DNA from: Opitutales bacterium | GTDB taxonomy: Bacteria; Verrucomicrobiota; Verrucomicrobiia; Opitutales; JBHJGM01 | NCBI GenBank assembly: GCA_050331595.1 | Contig: JBHJGQ010000017.1 | Coordinates: forward strand, 98,415 to 162,414 | Direction: 5' to 3' | DNA: 64,000 nucleotides | Shown: in pieces, positions 27,658 to 36,849 of the stretch | Position numbering within the stretch: position 1 is the stretch's first letter | Layout: the number at the start of each line of letters is the position of its first letter | Program-made: the position numbers and the translations under genes | The notes under the pieces: model-generated | Seen by the model: the letters and a program-made list of their open reading frames with translations, nothing else | Databases searched by the model: none | Told to the model about the DNA's origin: nothing

Positions 27658-27723
27658 GCGTAGTGGAATCCGGGTTCAAAAGCGCGCTGAGGCTGTCAGA
27701 TACTGCGGGGGTTTACGGTGGCG

Positions 27724-28125
27724 ATGAAGATGGAGTCCAACGCTGCCCCGGATTCTCCGGAGGATCCGGGCGCTCACGAGGAGGGCGCATCGGCGGAGCC
27801 GCGGTTTCGCCATTACCTGTATGACGCCAGTGATTGTTTCGTTCGCACGTTGCTGCGTCTTTCGCTCACGGTTTGGGCTGTTCCGGTGGTGTCTGCGGCA
27901 GGATTCTTTGCGGGCGGGGCGGTTTGGGAGCTGCTCCCAATCTCTTGGGCCGAGTGGCTGTACGATCACACCTCTGTGGGTGTAATTTCAAGAAACGCGC
28001 TCCTGTTGTTTGTGCTGTGGTGGCCGATCGTGGCCTTTGCTTCGTGGCTGTTTTTGTGGGTGGATTCGATGCGGGCGCGCTGGTGGATTCTGACTTTTTT
28101 GTTCAGTTACCACTTTGTGCTGTAG
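27724..28125 (+). CDS. hypothetical membrane protein
   Basis: 133 aa (ATG 27724; GTG 27718 possible). Trp-rich hydrophobic spans. Third codon positions are visibly more T-rich than in neighbours. No family recognised. Confidence 0.45.
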   Translation: MKMESNAAPDSPEDPGAHEEGASAEPRFRHYLYDASDCFVRTLLRLSLTVWAVPVVSAAGFFAGGAVWELLPISWAEWLYDHTSVGVISRNALLLFVLWWPIVAFASWLFLWVDSMRARWWILTFLFSYHFVL

Positions 28126-28299
28126 CAGCGAGACAAAGCCGGTGCTCGGTGGCCCTGGCCGTCGTCTGTCCTGGGTCGCAGTCAGCCGGAGGGTGGAGCT
28201 GAGGGGGCACTGGACTGCCGAGCATTTTTCCCCGGTGACTTTTCGGCGAAGTGTGGTTAGTTGGTCGTGTTTGAAGTCAGCAGAGAAAGCGATTGGAGC

Positions 28300-29511
28300 A
28301 TGAGTCAGACACCGCAGCGCTTCGTGGCCGAGCACGTGGCCGGGCTTCCCCGCTCGGGCATTCGTGACTTTTTTGCCATCGTCTCGCAGATGAAGGACGC
28401 CGTTTCCCTGGGGATCGGCGAGCCCGACTTTGTGACGCCCTGGCACATTCGCGAAGCGGCCATTTACGCCCTCGAGCAGGGCCGCACCAGCTACACCGAC
28501 AACCGCGGGTTGCTGTCGCTGCGTCAGGCCATTTCCACGTATGTCGAGCAGGGCTTCGGGCTGAGCTACCGGCCCGACGACGAAATCCTGGTGGCCGTAG
28601 GCGTTTCCGAGGCGATGGACATTGCACTGCGGGCGGTGCTCAATCCCGGCGACAAGGTCCTGTACCACGAGCCCTGCTACGTCTCCTACATGCCCAGCGT
28701 GCGGCTGTGTCACGGCGTGCCGATCGGCGTGGCAACGAAGGCCGAGGATGCGTTCGCGCTCGACCCAGACGCGTTGATGAATGCCTGGGAGCCGGGCTGC
28801 AAGGCGCTGGTGCTGAACTTCCCGACCAACCCGACCGGCGGCGTGATCGACCGCGAGCGCCTCGAGCGCATCGCCCGCTTCGCCATCGACAAGGATCTTG
28901 TCGTCATCTCCGACGAGATTTACGCCGAGCTGACCTTTGAAGGCGAGCACGTCAGCATCGCCACGCTGCCGGGCATGCGCGAGCGCACGATTTTCCTGCA
29001 CGGTTTCTCCAAGGCCTTTGCCATGACCGGTTGGCGCATCGGCTACGCCTGCGCTCCCGTCGAACTGACCGAGGCGATGATGAAAGTGCACCAGTACTGC
29101 ATGCTGTGTGCGTCGATCATCAGCCAGGAGGCCGCCCGCGAGGCTCTGCTCAACGGAGCCGAGGCGGTCGAAAAAATGAAAGCGCAGTATGACCGGCGGC
29201 GGCAGTTTTTCGTGCGCCGGCTCAACGAGTTGGGCCTGAAATGCCACCTGCCCCGCGGAACGTTTTATACCTTTGCGGACGTTTCCTCGACGGGCCTGAA
29301 CTCGCTGGCCTTCGCGCAAGACCTGCTGCACACGGGCAAGGTCGCGCTGGTTCCCGGCACAGCCTTCGGCGAAAGTGGCGAGGGCTTTGTGCGGGCGAGT
29401 TTTTCGATGAGCTACGAGAACCTGCTGGAGGCCACCGAGCGCCTCGCCCGTTACCTGGAGGCGCGCGCGGGGCAGGCCGAGCCCGGTCGGGCCGTGGCGG
29501 CCCAGGCTTAG
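28300..29511 (+). CDS. class I/II pyridoxal-phosphate aminotransferase (AlaT/AspC-like)
   Basis: 403 aa from ATG 28300, with GGAG upstream. LGIGEPDFVTP, NFPTNPTGGV and PLP-lysine context HGFSKAFAMTGWRIGY. Confidence 0.88.
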   Translation: MSQTPQRFVAEHVAGLPRSGIRDFFAIVSQMKDAVSLGIGEPDFVTPWHIREAAIYALEQGRTSYTDNRGLLSLRQAISTYVEQGFGLSYRPDDEILVAVGVSEAMDIALRAVLNPGDKVLYHEPCYVSYMPSVRLCHGVPIGVATKAEDAFALDPDALMNAWEPGCKALVLNFPTNPTGGVIDRERLERIARFAIDKDLVVISDEIYAELTFEGEHVSIATLPGMRERTIFLHGFSKAFAMTGWRIGYACAPVELTEAMMKVHQYCMLCASIISQEAAREALLNGAEAVEKMKAQYDRRRQFFVRRLNELGLKCHLPRGTFYTFADVSSTGLNSLAFAQDLLHTGKVALVPGTAFGESGEGFVRASFSMSYENLLEATERLARYLEARAGQAEPGRAVAAQA

Positions 29512-29570
29512 CCGCTTGTCCGGGTGCACCCAAATTCTGCTGCCGCGTTCGCCACGTTGAGAGGTTTGCC

Positions 29571-30146
29571 ATGCTGGAAAAGCCGCTGCTGACCTGGCGC
29601 GAACCGCAGGGATTCATCGAGTTGGGGCGAATCATGTCCGGTCAGCCCACTCTGGCCAACCGCTGGCTGGTCTCGCTGACCTTTCCGCTGCTGACGCTGG
29701 GGCTGTTGCTGACGCTGCTGGCTTTCGATGCGCTGCTGCACGGGCAGGTGGTGCTCAACACGACGATGCTGTCGGTTTCGGTGCTTTTTGGGGCGGCGGG
29801 GGCAGCGCTGCTTGAATGGCTGCGCCGGCGCCGGCGGCACACTGTCTCCATTTACGCCGAAGCCATCACCCGGGTCACGCGGCGGGGCATTCAGCGCTTT
29901 GGCATGGCCGACATCTACGGCTGGGACCTGGCCGCACCCGAGACCATCGCCGGCGACCTGCGGGTGCTGGCCCTCGAGCACAAGACCAAGGGGCTGCTCT
30001 TTTTCGGACTGCCTGAGGACGTGACTGACGCCGCGGTCGAGGCGGTCTTCGCCAAGTTTGGCCTGCGGCGCCAGAAATACCGGCTGAACCGCCGCCGCCT
30101 CTGGTTCCCGGAAGGTCCACTGGCCCAGCGCAACGAGAAAGTGTGA
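29571..30146 (+). CDS. hypothetical membrane protein
   Basis: 191 aa from ATG 29571. Two hydrophobic spans, then a soluble C-terminal region. The upstream part of ORF 29241..30146 overlaps the aminotransferase and is spurious. Confidence 0.5.
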   Translation: MLEKPLLTWREPQGFIELGRIMSGQPTLANRWLVSLTFPLLTLGLLLTLLAFDALLHGQVVLNTTMLSVSVLFGAAGAALLEWLRRRRRHTVSIYAEAITRVTRRGIQRFGMADIYGWDLAAPETIAGDLRVLALEHKTKGLLFFGLPEDVTDAAVEAVFAKFGLRRQKYRLNRRRLWFPEGPLAQRNEKV

Positions 30147-30201
30147 GCGGCCATCGCGCCCATTGACTTCGAGCCTCTCGACGAAGAGAGTGCCTTTTTG
30201 G

Positions 30202-30453
30202 ATGAAACGAATCACCGTGAAATTGGAGGCTACTGTGGCAGATGCCGTGCAGCGGCTTGCCTACGACCAGTCGATTTCAGTCTCCGCAATCGTACCGGCC
30301 AGTCTCCAAGACCTTTTGGGTTCCGCGGCATCGGCCCAGACTCAAGCGCGTCGTCCTCTGCTTGAGATTTGCGACCGGGCCGCCACCCGGCAGTCCTCTG
30401 GTCCGCGAGCCTGGAGCCGGGACACGCTTCATGAACGCGACGTGCTTCCCTGA
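30202..30453 (+). CDS. vapB: RHH (CopG/VapB-type) antitoxin
   Basis: 83 aa. MKRITVKLEATVADAVQRLAYDQSISVSAIV shows a strand-helix-helix pattern. Overlaps the PIN gene start by 23 nt. Confidence 0.65.
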   Translation: MKRITVKLEATVADAVQRLAYDQSISVSAIVPASLQDLLGSAASAQTQARRPLLEICDRAATRQSSGPRAWSRDTLHERDVLP

Positions 30454-30868
30454 CACCACTGTTCTGGTGTCTGCGGTCGACGCCGACCCCTTCACCGAAC
30501 TCAAGCGTGAACGCGCCCGCGCCCTCCTGGCCAAGGACTCATTCGGACTTTTGGCTCAGGTCCTGCAGAAGTTTTCTGTGATGGTTGCTCGCAAATTGCA
30601 GGCAAACCTTCATGTAAACGAGCTCATGGAGCTGCTTGAGCACTACGCCTGTTTTCCCGCGGTGGCGACCGATTCGCTTCCGGTCTTGGATTCCGTCCGA
30701 CGGGCCCGGCGGCATCCAACCAGCTACTGGGACGCGGCTGTGGTTTGCGCGGCCCAGCGGTTGAACGTGTCGGTCCTCTTCTCCGAGGATCTCCACCATG
30801 GCCAACGTTTTAACGGCGTTGACGTGCGCAACCCTTACCTGAGTTCACCTCCGATTCCCACCAAATGA
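30431..30868 (+). CDS. vapC: PIN-domain toxin (VapC-type)
   Basis: 145 aa. Acidic PIN residues in FPDTTVLVSAVD, SYWDAAVVCAA and LFSEDL. The stop overlaps the der ATG (ATGA). Confidence 0.7.
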   Translation: MNATCFPDTTVLVSAVDADPFTELKRERARALLAKDSFGLLAQVLQKFSVMVARKLQANLHVNELMELLEHYACFPAVATDSLPVLDSVRRARRHPTSYWDAAVVCAAQRLNVSVLFSEDLHHGQRFNGVDVRNPYLSSPPIPTK

Positions 30869-32328
30869 CCCATCCCGAGCGCAGCGTGGCAATTGTGGGC
30901 CGGCCCAACGTGGGCAAAAGCCGGCTGTTCAACCGCCTGGTGGGGCGGCGCGTGGCCATCGTGCACGACGAGGCCGGGATCACCCGCGACATCGTGTCGG
31001 CCGAAGTGGGTGAGGGCGACTACACGCTGATGGACACCGGCGGCATCGGCATTGTCCCCAAAATGACGACCGAGGCCATCCACGCGGCGACTGAAGAGCA
31101 GGTGGATTTCGCCATCCTGGCCTCGCAGCTGGTGCTGTTCGTAGTGGATGGGCAGGAAGGCCTGATTGCTCTGGACCAGGAATTGACCGAGCGTCTGCGG
31201 CGTTACCGCAAGACGGTTCTTCTCGTCGTCAACAAAATCGACCTCGACCAGCATCAGGACCGCGTCAACGAGTTTCACGCGCTGGGTCTGGGCGAGCCGG
31301 TGGGCGTCTCCGCCGAGCATGGGCGGGGCTTCGACACGCTGGAGCAACGCTTGTGCGCCGTCCTTGGACCCGCGCCCGAGCCATCCCCCGCGCCGGTCCA
31401 GGCGGACGACAGCGCCCGCATCCGCCTGTGTTTGGCCGGGCGCCCGAACGTGGGCAAAAGCTCGCTCTGCAACCGTCTGCTCAACGCGCGTCGCGCCATC
31501 GTCAGCGATGTGCCTGGGACCACGCGCGATGCCTTGCAGATCGATCTGGACTACCAGGCCGAGGGCGAAGCCGAAGCCTGGCCGTTCCGGCTGGTCGATA
31601 CGGCGGGTCTGCGCACCCGGGCCAAGGTGGACTCACCGGTGGAGTATTTCTCGGGCCTGCGCAGCCAAAAGGCGATCGCCACCGCCGACGTTGTCCTGCT
31701 GCTGCTCGACGCGATGGACGGGGTCACGCGCCAGGATAAAAAACTGGCCGGGGAAATCCTGAAAGGCGGTGCCTGCCTGATTCTGGTCGTAAACAAGTGG
31801 GACCTCGCCGTGGAAACCTTCCGGCGCGAGCCCCTGCCGGGTTACCGCAACCTGCGCGACTTCGAGCGGAAGTTCGTCGACGCGATCCGCGAGGCGCTGT
31901 TCTTTCTGCCGGAGTCGCCGGTGCTTTTCGCCTCTGCCAGGGACGGTCTCAACATCGAGCAGACCCTGCGGACCGCGCGCGAGGTGCATGCGCTCAGCCG
32001 TCAGAAACTGCCCACCGCCCAACTCAACAAGGTGTTGGGCCAGCTCTTCGAGCGTAACCCGCCCCGCCTGGTCAGCGGCAAGCGCTTCAAGGCCTATTAC
32101 GGCACGCAGGTGGGCAACCGTCCGCTGCGCATCCGCCTGTTCTGCAACGCCAAGGAGAAGCTCGACGACGCCTACGCCCGCTACCTCGAGGCCGGCCTGC
32201 AGCAAAGCTTCGACTTGAAGGGGTGCCCGATCAAACTTGAGTTGGTGGGCAAGCCCAAGGTCGACCCGGCGCAGCGCCCCTGGGTGGGCAAGGGGCGGCC
32301 CGAACCGGCGCCGACGGAATCGGACTGA
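30865..32328 (+). CDS. der: ribosome-associated GTPase Der (EngA)
   Basis: 487 aa. Two GTPase domains (GRPNVGKSRLFN, DTGG; GRPNVGKSSLCN, DTAG, NKWD) and a KH-like C-terminus. Confidence 0.95.
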   Translation: MTHPERSVAIVGRPNVGKSRLFNRLVGRRVAIVHDEAGITRDIVSAEVGEGDYTLMDTGGIGIVPKMTTEAIHAATEEQVDFAILASQLVLFVVDGQEGLIALDQELTERLRRYRKTVLLVVNKIDLDQHQDRVNEFHALGLGEPVGVSAEHGRGFDTLEQRLCAVLGPAPEPSPAPVQADDSARIRLCLAGRPNVGKSSLCNRLLNARRAIVSDVPGTTRDALQIDLDYQAEGEAEAWPFRLVDTAGLRTRAKVDSPVEYFSGLRSQKAIATADVVLLLLDAMDGVTRQDKKLAGEILKGGACLILVVNKWDLAVETFRREPLPGYRNLRDFERKFVDAIREALFFLPESPVLFASARDGLNIEQTLRTAREVHALSRQKLPTAQLNKVLGQLFERNPPRLVSGKRFKAYYGTQVGNRPLRIRLFCNAKEKLDDAYARYLEAGLQQSFDLKGCPIKLELVGKPKVDPAQRPWVGKGRPEPAPTESD

Positions 32329-32411
32329 GCCGCAATTGGGCGTGGATGTGCCCGAGAATGCTTGCTGCCGACTGCCCGTGAGCGTAGCCCTCCCATCAGG
32401 ACGCTGCGCTT

Positions 32412-33374
32412 ATGAAATCCCTCCCTAAGAAACCTGAAATCCGCGAGATCGATTACCACGGCTGGTCATCGCTCGAATTGAACACCGGCGCGGCGCGCCT
32501 GGTCGTCCCGCGCGACATCGGCCCGCGCGTCATCTCGCTGCGCCTGGGCGAGGGGGCCAACCTGTTCCACAACGTTGGCGAGGCCCTGGGCCAATCCGGC
32601 GAAGACGAGTGGGAACTGCGCGGCGGGCATCGTTTGTGGCATTCACCCGAGGACCCCGACCGCACTTACGAGTTGGACAACTTCCCCATCGAGGTGGAGC
32701 CGCTGACCTCGGGCAACGGGCTGAACATCGTGGGCAACCCCGATGAGTTCACGCGCATGCAAAAGCGCATCGAGATTGAGGTGGTCGACACGCACACCTT
32801 CAAGATTACGCACACTTTGGAAAACCAGAATCTGTGGCCGGTGGCCTGCGCGCCCTGGAGCCTCAGCGTGATGGAAAAGGGGGGCTTCGGGGTGATCCCG
32901 CTGCTGCCCAAGGGCAATCACGAGACCGACCTTTTGCCCAGTTACAGCATCGTGCCGTGGACCTACACCGACTTCACCCACCCGTGCTGGCGCTTCGAGC
33001 GGGACTTCATCGGCGTGGATATGACGCAGGCCAAGGGCTCGCAAAAAATCGGGCTCACGGGCACGCTCGGCTGGTCGGCCTACTGGCAGGAAGCCGGGAC
33101 GTTTGTGAAGTACGCCCCCTACGAGGTCGGACCGATGTACCCTGACCGCGGCTGCGTTTTCGAGGCCTTCTGCTGCGACTTCATGATCGAGCTGGAGGCG
33201 CTGGGGCCGTTGGAGTGCCTGGAGCCGGGCGAGGATTGCGAGTTGGTCGAGTGGTGGGGCTTGCTCGAAGGCATGCCCCGACCCGACTCCGCCCAGGCCT
33301 ATGCCGATGCGCTCAAGCCAGCGGTGGATGCCTGGATGCAAGCGACCGGTCTGCCCGAGCAGGAACTGCCCTGA
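32412..33374 (+). CDS. hypothetical protein (DUF4380 / mutarotase-like fold suspected)
   Basis: 320 aa. Good coding bias. The resemblance to DUF4380-type proteins (ARLVVPRDIGPRVISL ... GGHRLWHSPE) is from memory only. Confidence 0.5.
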   Translation: MKSLPKKPEIREIDYHGWSSLELNTGAARLVVPRDIGPRVISLRLGEGANLFHNVGEALGQSGEDEWELRGGHRLWHSPEDPDRTYELDNFPIEVEPLTSGNGLNIVGNPDEFTRMQKRIEIEVVDTHTFKITHTLENQNLWPVACAPWSLSVMEKGGFGVIPLLPKGNHETDLLPSYSIVPWTYTDFTHPCWRFERDFIGVDMTQAKGSQKIGLTGTLGWSAYWQEAGTFVKYAPYEVGPMYPDRGCVFEAFCCDFMIELEALGPLECLEPGEDCELVEWWGLLEGMPRPDSAQAYADALKPAVDAWMQATGLPEQELP

Positions 33375-33399
33375 GCCGGACCGACTCCCTCCCTGGCGC

Positions 33400-34389
33400 A
33401 TGATGGCTCTCGGCACCGTCGTTTACATGGGCTCGGACCCGATAGGCCTGCCGGTCTTGCGCCTGTTGGCGGCCAAGGCGCAGGCGGGCGTCCTCCGATT
33501 GGCCGGAGTCATCTCGCAGCCCGATCGCCCCAGCGGGCGCGGCAAAAAGCTGCAGCCCAATGCGATTTCGGCCTGCGCGCTGGCGCACGGATGGACCCTG
33601 CTTCGCCCGGAAAAACCGCGCGCCGAAACGGTTGCCTGGCTGCGTGACCAGCACGTGGACCTCATCGTTGTGATGGCCTACGGGCATATCTTAAAGAACG
33701 ATCTGCTGGTAGTGCCCAGGCGCGCAATCGTGAATCTGCACGCCAGTCTGCTGCCGGCGTACCGGGGTGCGTCACCGGTGGAAACGGCCGTTGCCCGTGG
33801 CGAAACGCAGACCGGGGTCAGCCTGATGCGCATCGTTCAACGGATGGATGCCGGCGCGGTCTGCGATGTGGCGCGTGTACCGGTTTCCCCAAGCGACACT
33901 GGCGGCAGCGTGCGCGAGAAGCTGGCGGAGGCGTCCGCACCGCTGGTCGAGCGCAACCTGGACGCACTGCTCGCGGGCCAAACGCGGTTTGTCGAACAGG
34001 ACGAAGCCCATGCCAGCTACTGTCGCAAATTGACCCGCGCGGACGGTCAGCTGGATTTTGCCCAAGACGCGGTAACGCTGGCGGCCCGTATCCGGGGCCT
34101 GGATCCCTGGCCGGGCTGCTTCGTGGCGCTGGACGATGGCACGCAGCTCAAAGCGCGCGGTGCGCAGGCCGTTGAAGAAACCACACCGGACGCACCGGGC
34201 ACCATCCTGGGCCTGGACGGTGATGCGCTGGCGATCGCGACGGGGCGGGGGACCTTGCGGATCGAGCGTCTGCAGCGTCCCGGTGGCAAGCTGTTGCCCG
34301 CACCGGAGTTCTTGAGAGGCTATTCTCTCGAAACGGGGACGGTGCTGCAATCCATGCCCATGCCGGATCTGGTCTGCCGCGAAGGCTGA
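33400..34389 (+). CDS. fmt: methionyl-tRNA formyltransferase
   Basis: 329 aa from ATG 33400. ISQPDRPSGRGKKL, VVMAYGHILK, NLHASLLPAYRGASPV. Confidence 0.93.
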   Translation: MMALGTVVYMGSDPIGLPVLRLLAAKAQAGVLRLAGVISQPDRPSGRGKKLQPNAISACALAHGWTLLRPEKPRAETVAWLRDQHVDLIVVMAYGHILKNDLLVVPRRAIVNLHASLLPAYRGASPVETAVARGETQTGVSLMRIVQRMDAGAVCDVARVPVSPSDTGGSVREKLAEASAPLVERNLDALLAGQTRFVEQDEAHASYCRKLTRADGQLDFAQDAVTLAARIRGLDPWPGCFVALDDGTQLKARGAQAVEETTPDAPGTILGLDGDALAIATGRGTLRIERLQRPGGKLLPAPEFLRGYSLETGTVLQSMPMPDLVCREG

Positions 34390-34483
34390 AGGGTGGTTCG
34401 TCTTTGACTTTGCCCGTCCGCGCGCAAGACTCCCCGGCAAAGGGGAACAGCCACCGGCATCGGGCCGCGTGGTGCATGCAATC

Positions 34484-35101
34484 ATGAAGATATTCATCGT
34501 GTGGATGGCGATTGCCGGAGCGCTGCTGATGGGCAGCGCGCTGTGGGGGCAGAACACGGCCTCGGTCGCCGGCCTGGCGCAGGACGTTCAGCGACTCGAC
34601 CGACAGGTGAAACAACTCCAGCTTTTGACCGAACAGCTCCAGGCCGAGAACCGCAGCCTGCGTTCGAGTCTGCAGGAGCTGCGCCAGCACCAGAGCGAGG
34701 TCAACGCCGCGCTGAACCAGGTCCTGATCGACGGCCCCGCCAACGCTCGCTTGCGCCAGCAATGGGAGGCTGCCGACGACGCGCTCAAAGCCGCGCTGGT
34801 GGCCGAAGTTTCACGGCAGATGAACCTGCTGGCGGCCAAAGTGGACGCAACCCTCGCCCCGCCGGTGCTCGCGGGCAACCGCCCCGCTGCCTCCAGTCCG
34901 CCCCGTACCGTCAGCTTTGACGACAACTTTCCGAAAACCGGCGTGGAGTACACCGTGCAGTCCGGCGACACGCTCTCGGGGCTGGCGCAGCGCTTCGGCT
35001 CGAGCGTGCGCTACATCCAAAACGCCAATCGCATCCCCGATCCGTCCAAGCTCCACGTTGGGCGCGTACTGTTCATCCCACAAGACAACCCGCAGAACTG
35101 A
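34484..35101 (+). CDS. secreted coiled-coil protein with C-terminal LysM domain
   Basis: 205 aa with a signal peptide. Heptad-like region (VQRLDRQVKQLQLLTEQLQAENRSLRSSLQEL). LysM: YTVQSGDTLSGLAQRFGSSVRYIQNANRIPDPSKLHVGRVLFIP. Confidence 0.75.
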   Translation: MKIFIVWMAIAGALLMGSALWGQNTASVAGLAQDVQRLDRQVKQLQLLTEQLQAENRSLRSSLQELRQHQSEVNAALNQVLIDGPANARLRQQWEAADDALKAALVAEVSRQMNLLAAKVDATLAPPVLAGNRPAASSPPRTVSFDDNFPKTGVEYTVQSGDTLSGLAQRFGSSVRYIQNANRIPDPSKLHVGRVLFIPQDNPQN

Positions 35102-35109
35102 TCGCAGTC

Positions 35110-36147
35110 ATGGCGACCCCAAAGAAACGACTCGGACGCGGCCTCGGCGGCATCATCTCGGCGGGTACGGGCACCCGCTCGTCGGCACCCGCTCCCGTCA
35201 GACCCAGCCGCCCGTCCACAGGCAAAGCTGCCCGCAAGGCCAAGGCCGTACCGAAGAAAAAGTCCGCCGTACCGATCCTCAAGGAGCCGGTGCCGCCACC
35301 CGATCCGCAAGGCCCCGACACCCACAGCGCCTTGCCGGAACTGCCTTACCGCGAGATTGCCGTCGGCAGCGTTACGGTCAGCCCCTATCAGCCGCGTCGC
35401 GAAATTTCGCGCGAGCGCATCGAGGAGCTGGCCGAGAGCATTCGCTCGGAAGGGCTCCTGCAGCCGATCGTGGTGCGCGCGGTCGACGATGGCTTTCAAT
35501 TGATCGCGGGCGAGCGCCGCTGGCGCGCCCATCAACACCTGGGTCTGGCCAACATCAGCGCACGGGTGGTGGACGCCACCGACGCCTCTGCGGCCGTCAT
35601 TTCCCTGATCGAAAACCTGCAGCGCGAGCAGTTGAATCCCATCGACGAGTCCCTGGGCTACGCCAGTCTGATGCGTGACTTCGACCTGACGCAGGAAAAA
35701 GTGGCCGAACGCGTGGGGCGTCCGCGGGCCACGGTGGCCAACGCGCTGCGCCTGCTCAATCTCGACCGGCAGACGCAGGGCTTCGTCGCGCGCGGGTTGA
35801 TATCCGCCGGCCACGCCAAGGTACTGCTGGGCATCGACGATGAAGCACAGCGTCACCTGCTGGCCCAGCGCATCGTCGAGGAAGGGCTGAGCGTGCGCCA
35901 GACCGAAGACTGGGTGCGCAAACTCAAGGCCGGTTCGGCCTCGCGCGCCCACAATGGCAACGGCACCGCTAGCGGCCTGGCCGACAGCGAACAGATCGTT
36001 GTGCGCGATTTGGAGAAACGCATTGCGGCGCACTTGAAGACCCGGGTCAGCCTCAAGCACACCGCCAAGAAAGGCCGCCTCATCATCGAGTACCGCGGCA
36101 ACGAAGATCTCGAGCGCATCCTCGAACACCTCGGCGTCTCCTCTTAG
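35110..36147 (+). CDS. parB: chromosome partitioning protein ParB
   Basis: 345 aa. N-terminal KRLGRGLGGII, the ParB box GLLQPIVVR ... LIAGERRWRA, and HTH LTQEKVAERVGRPRATVANALRLL. Confidence 0.92.
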   Translation: MATPKKRLGRGLGGIISAGTGTRSSAPAPVRPSRPSTGKAARKAKAVPKKKSAVPILKEPVPPPDPQGPDTHSALPELPYREIAVGSVTVSPYQPRREISRERIEELAESIRSEGLLQPIVVRAVDDGFQLIAGERRWRAHQHLGLANISARVVDATDASAAVISLIENLQREQLNPIDESLGYASLMRDFDLTQEKVAERVGRPRATVANALRLLNLDRQTQGFVARGLISAGHAKVLLGIDDEAQRHLLAQRIVEEGLSVRQTEDWVRKLKAGSASRAHNGNGTASGLADSEQIVVRDLEKRIAAHLKTRVSLKHTAKKGRLIIEYRGNEDLERILEHLGVSS

Positions 36148-36224
36148 CGTGCGATTTGCAGCTTGCCCCGGGGGTAGGGCGGACGCATTCTTTCGGGTTT
36201 TCGATTTTCCCCGCTCAGGCTGTC

Positions 36225-36806
36225 ATGGAAGTCTTTCTCACCATCCTCACCGCGCTGCTGACGCTCGTGCTCGTGCTTGTCAGCGCGTTCATGGTCATCG
36301 TGATCCTGATGCAGCGCGCCAGCAGCAACGCCGGACTGGGTTCGGCCCTCGGCGGCGGCGCGGCCGAGTCGGCCTTTGGCGGTGCCACCTCCAACGTTCT
36401 CATCAAGGCAACGGTCACGGCAGCCATCATTTTCTTCGTTCTGGCCTACCTGCTGCACCTGCTCTACCTGGGCACGGCCACCGGCGAGGTTGAAGCCAAG
36501 GATCTGCCAACGGGCATTACCGGGGTGATCGATCCCGGCTCCTCTGTCGCTGACCTGACGGCCGATGCCACTGCTCCCGCGGACGCGACCGCCGACGCCA
36601 CCTCGACTCCCTTGCCGCCGGTGCCGTCATTCGATCTGACCCCCGACGCGGTGTTCGATGGCGTGATCGAAACGCTCGAAAACCAGGCCACGGAGTTGGG
36701 CGATTCCATCGGCCTGCCCGACGAAGCGACGCCGACCGCCGACCCGGAAGCGACGCCTTCGGTCGAACCCGCTGCTGACGCGCCGGAGGTGACCCCGGAT
36801 TCCTGA
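36225..36806 (+). CDS. secG: preprotein translocase subunit SecG with long acidic C-terminal extension
   Basis: 193 aa from ATG 36225. SecG core VLVSAFMVIVILMQRASSNAGLGSALGGG..SAFGGA with a second TM. Then about 115 aa rich in D/E/T/P/A. Confidence 0.8.
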   Translation: MEVFLTILTALLTLVLVLVSAFMVIVILMQRASSNAGLGSALGGGAAESAFGGATSNVLIKATVTAAIIFFVLAYLLHLLYLGTATGEVEAKDLPTGITGVIDPGSSVADLTADATAPADATADATSTPLPPVPSFDLTPDAVFDGVIETLENQATELGDSIGLPDEATPTADPEATPSVEPAADAPEVTPDS

Positions 36807-36849
36807 GTCAGGTGGCGGATCGGAACCTCCAGCCCTCCGCACGAGTCTG

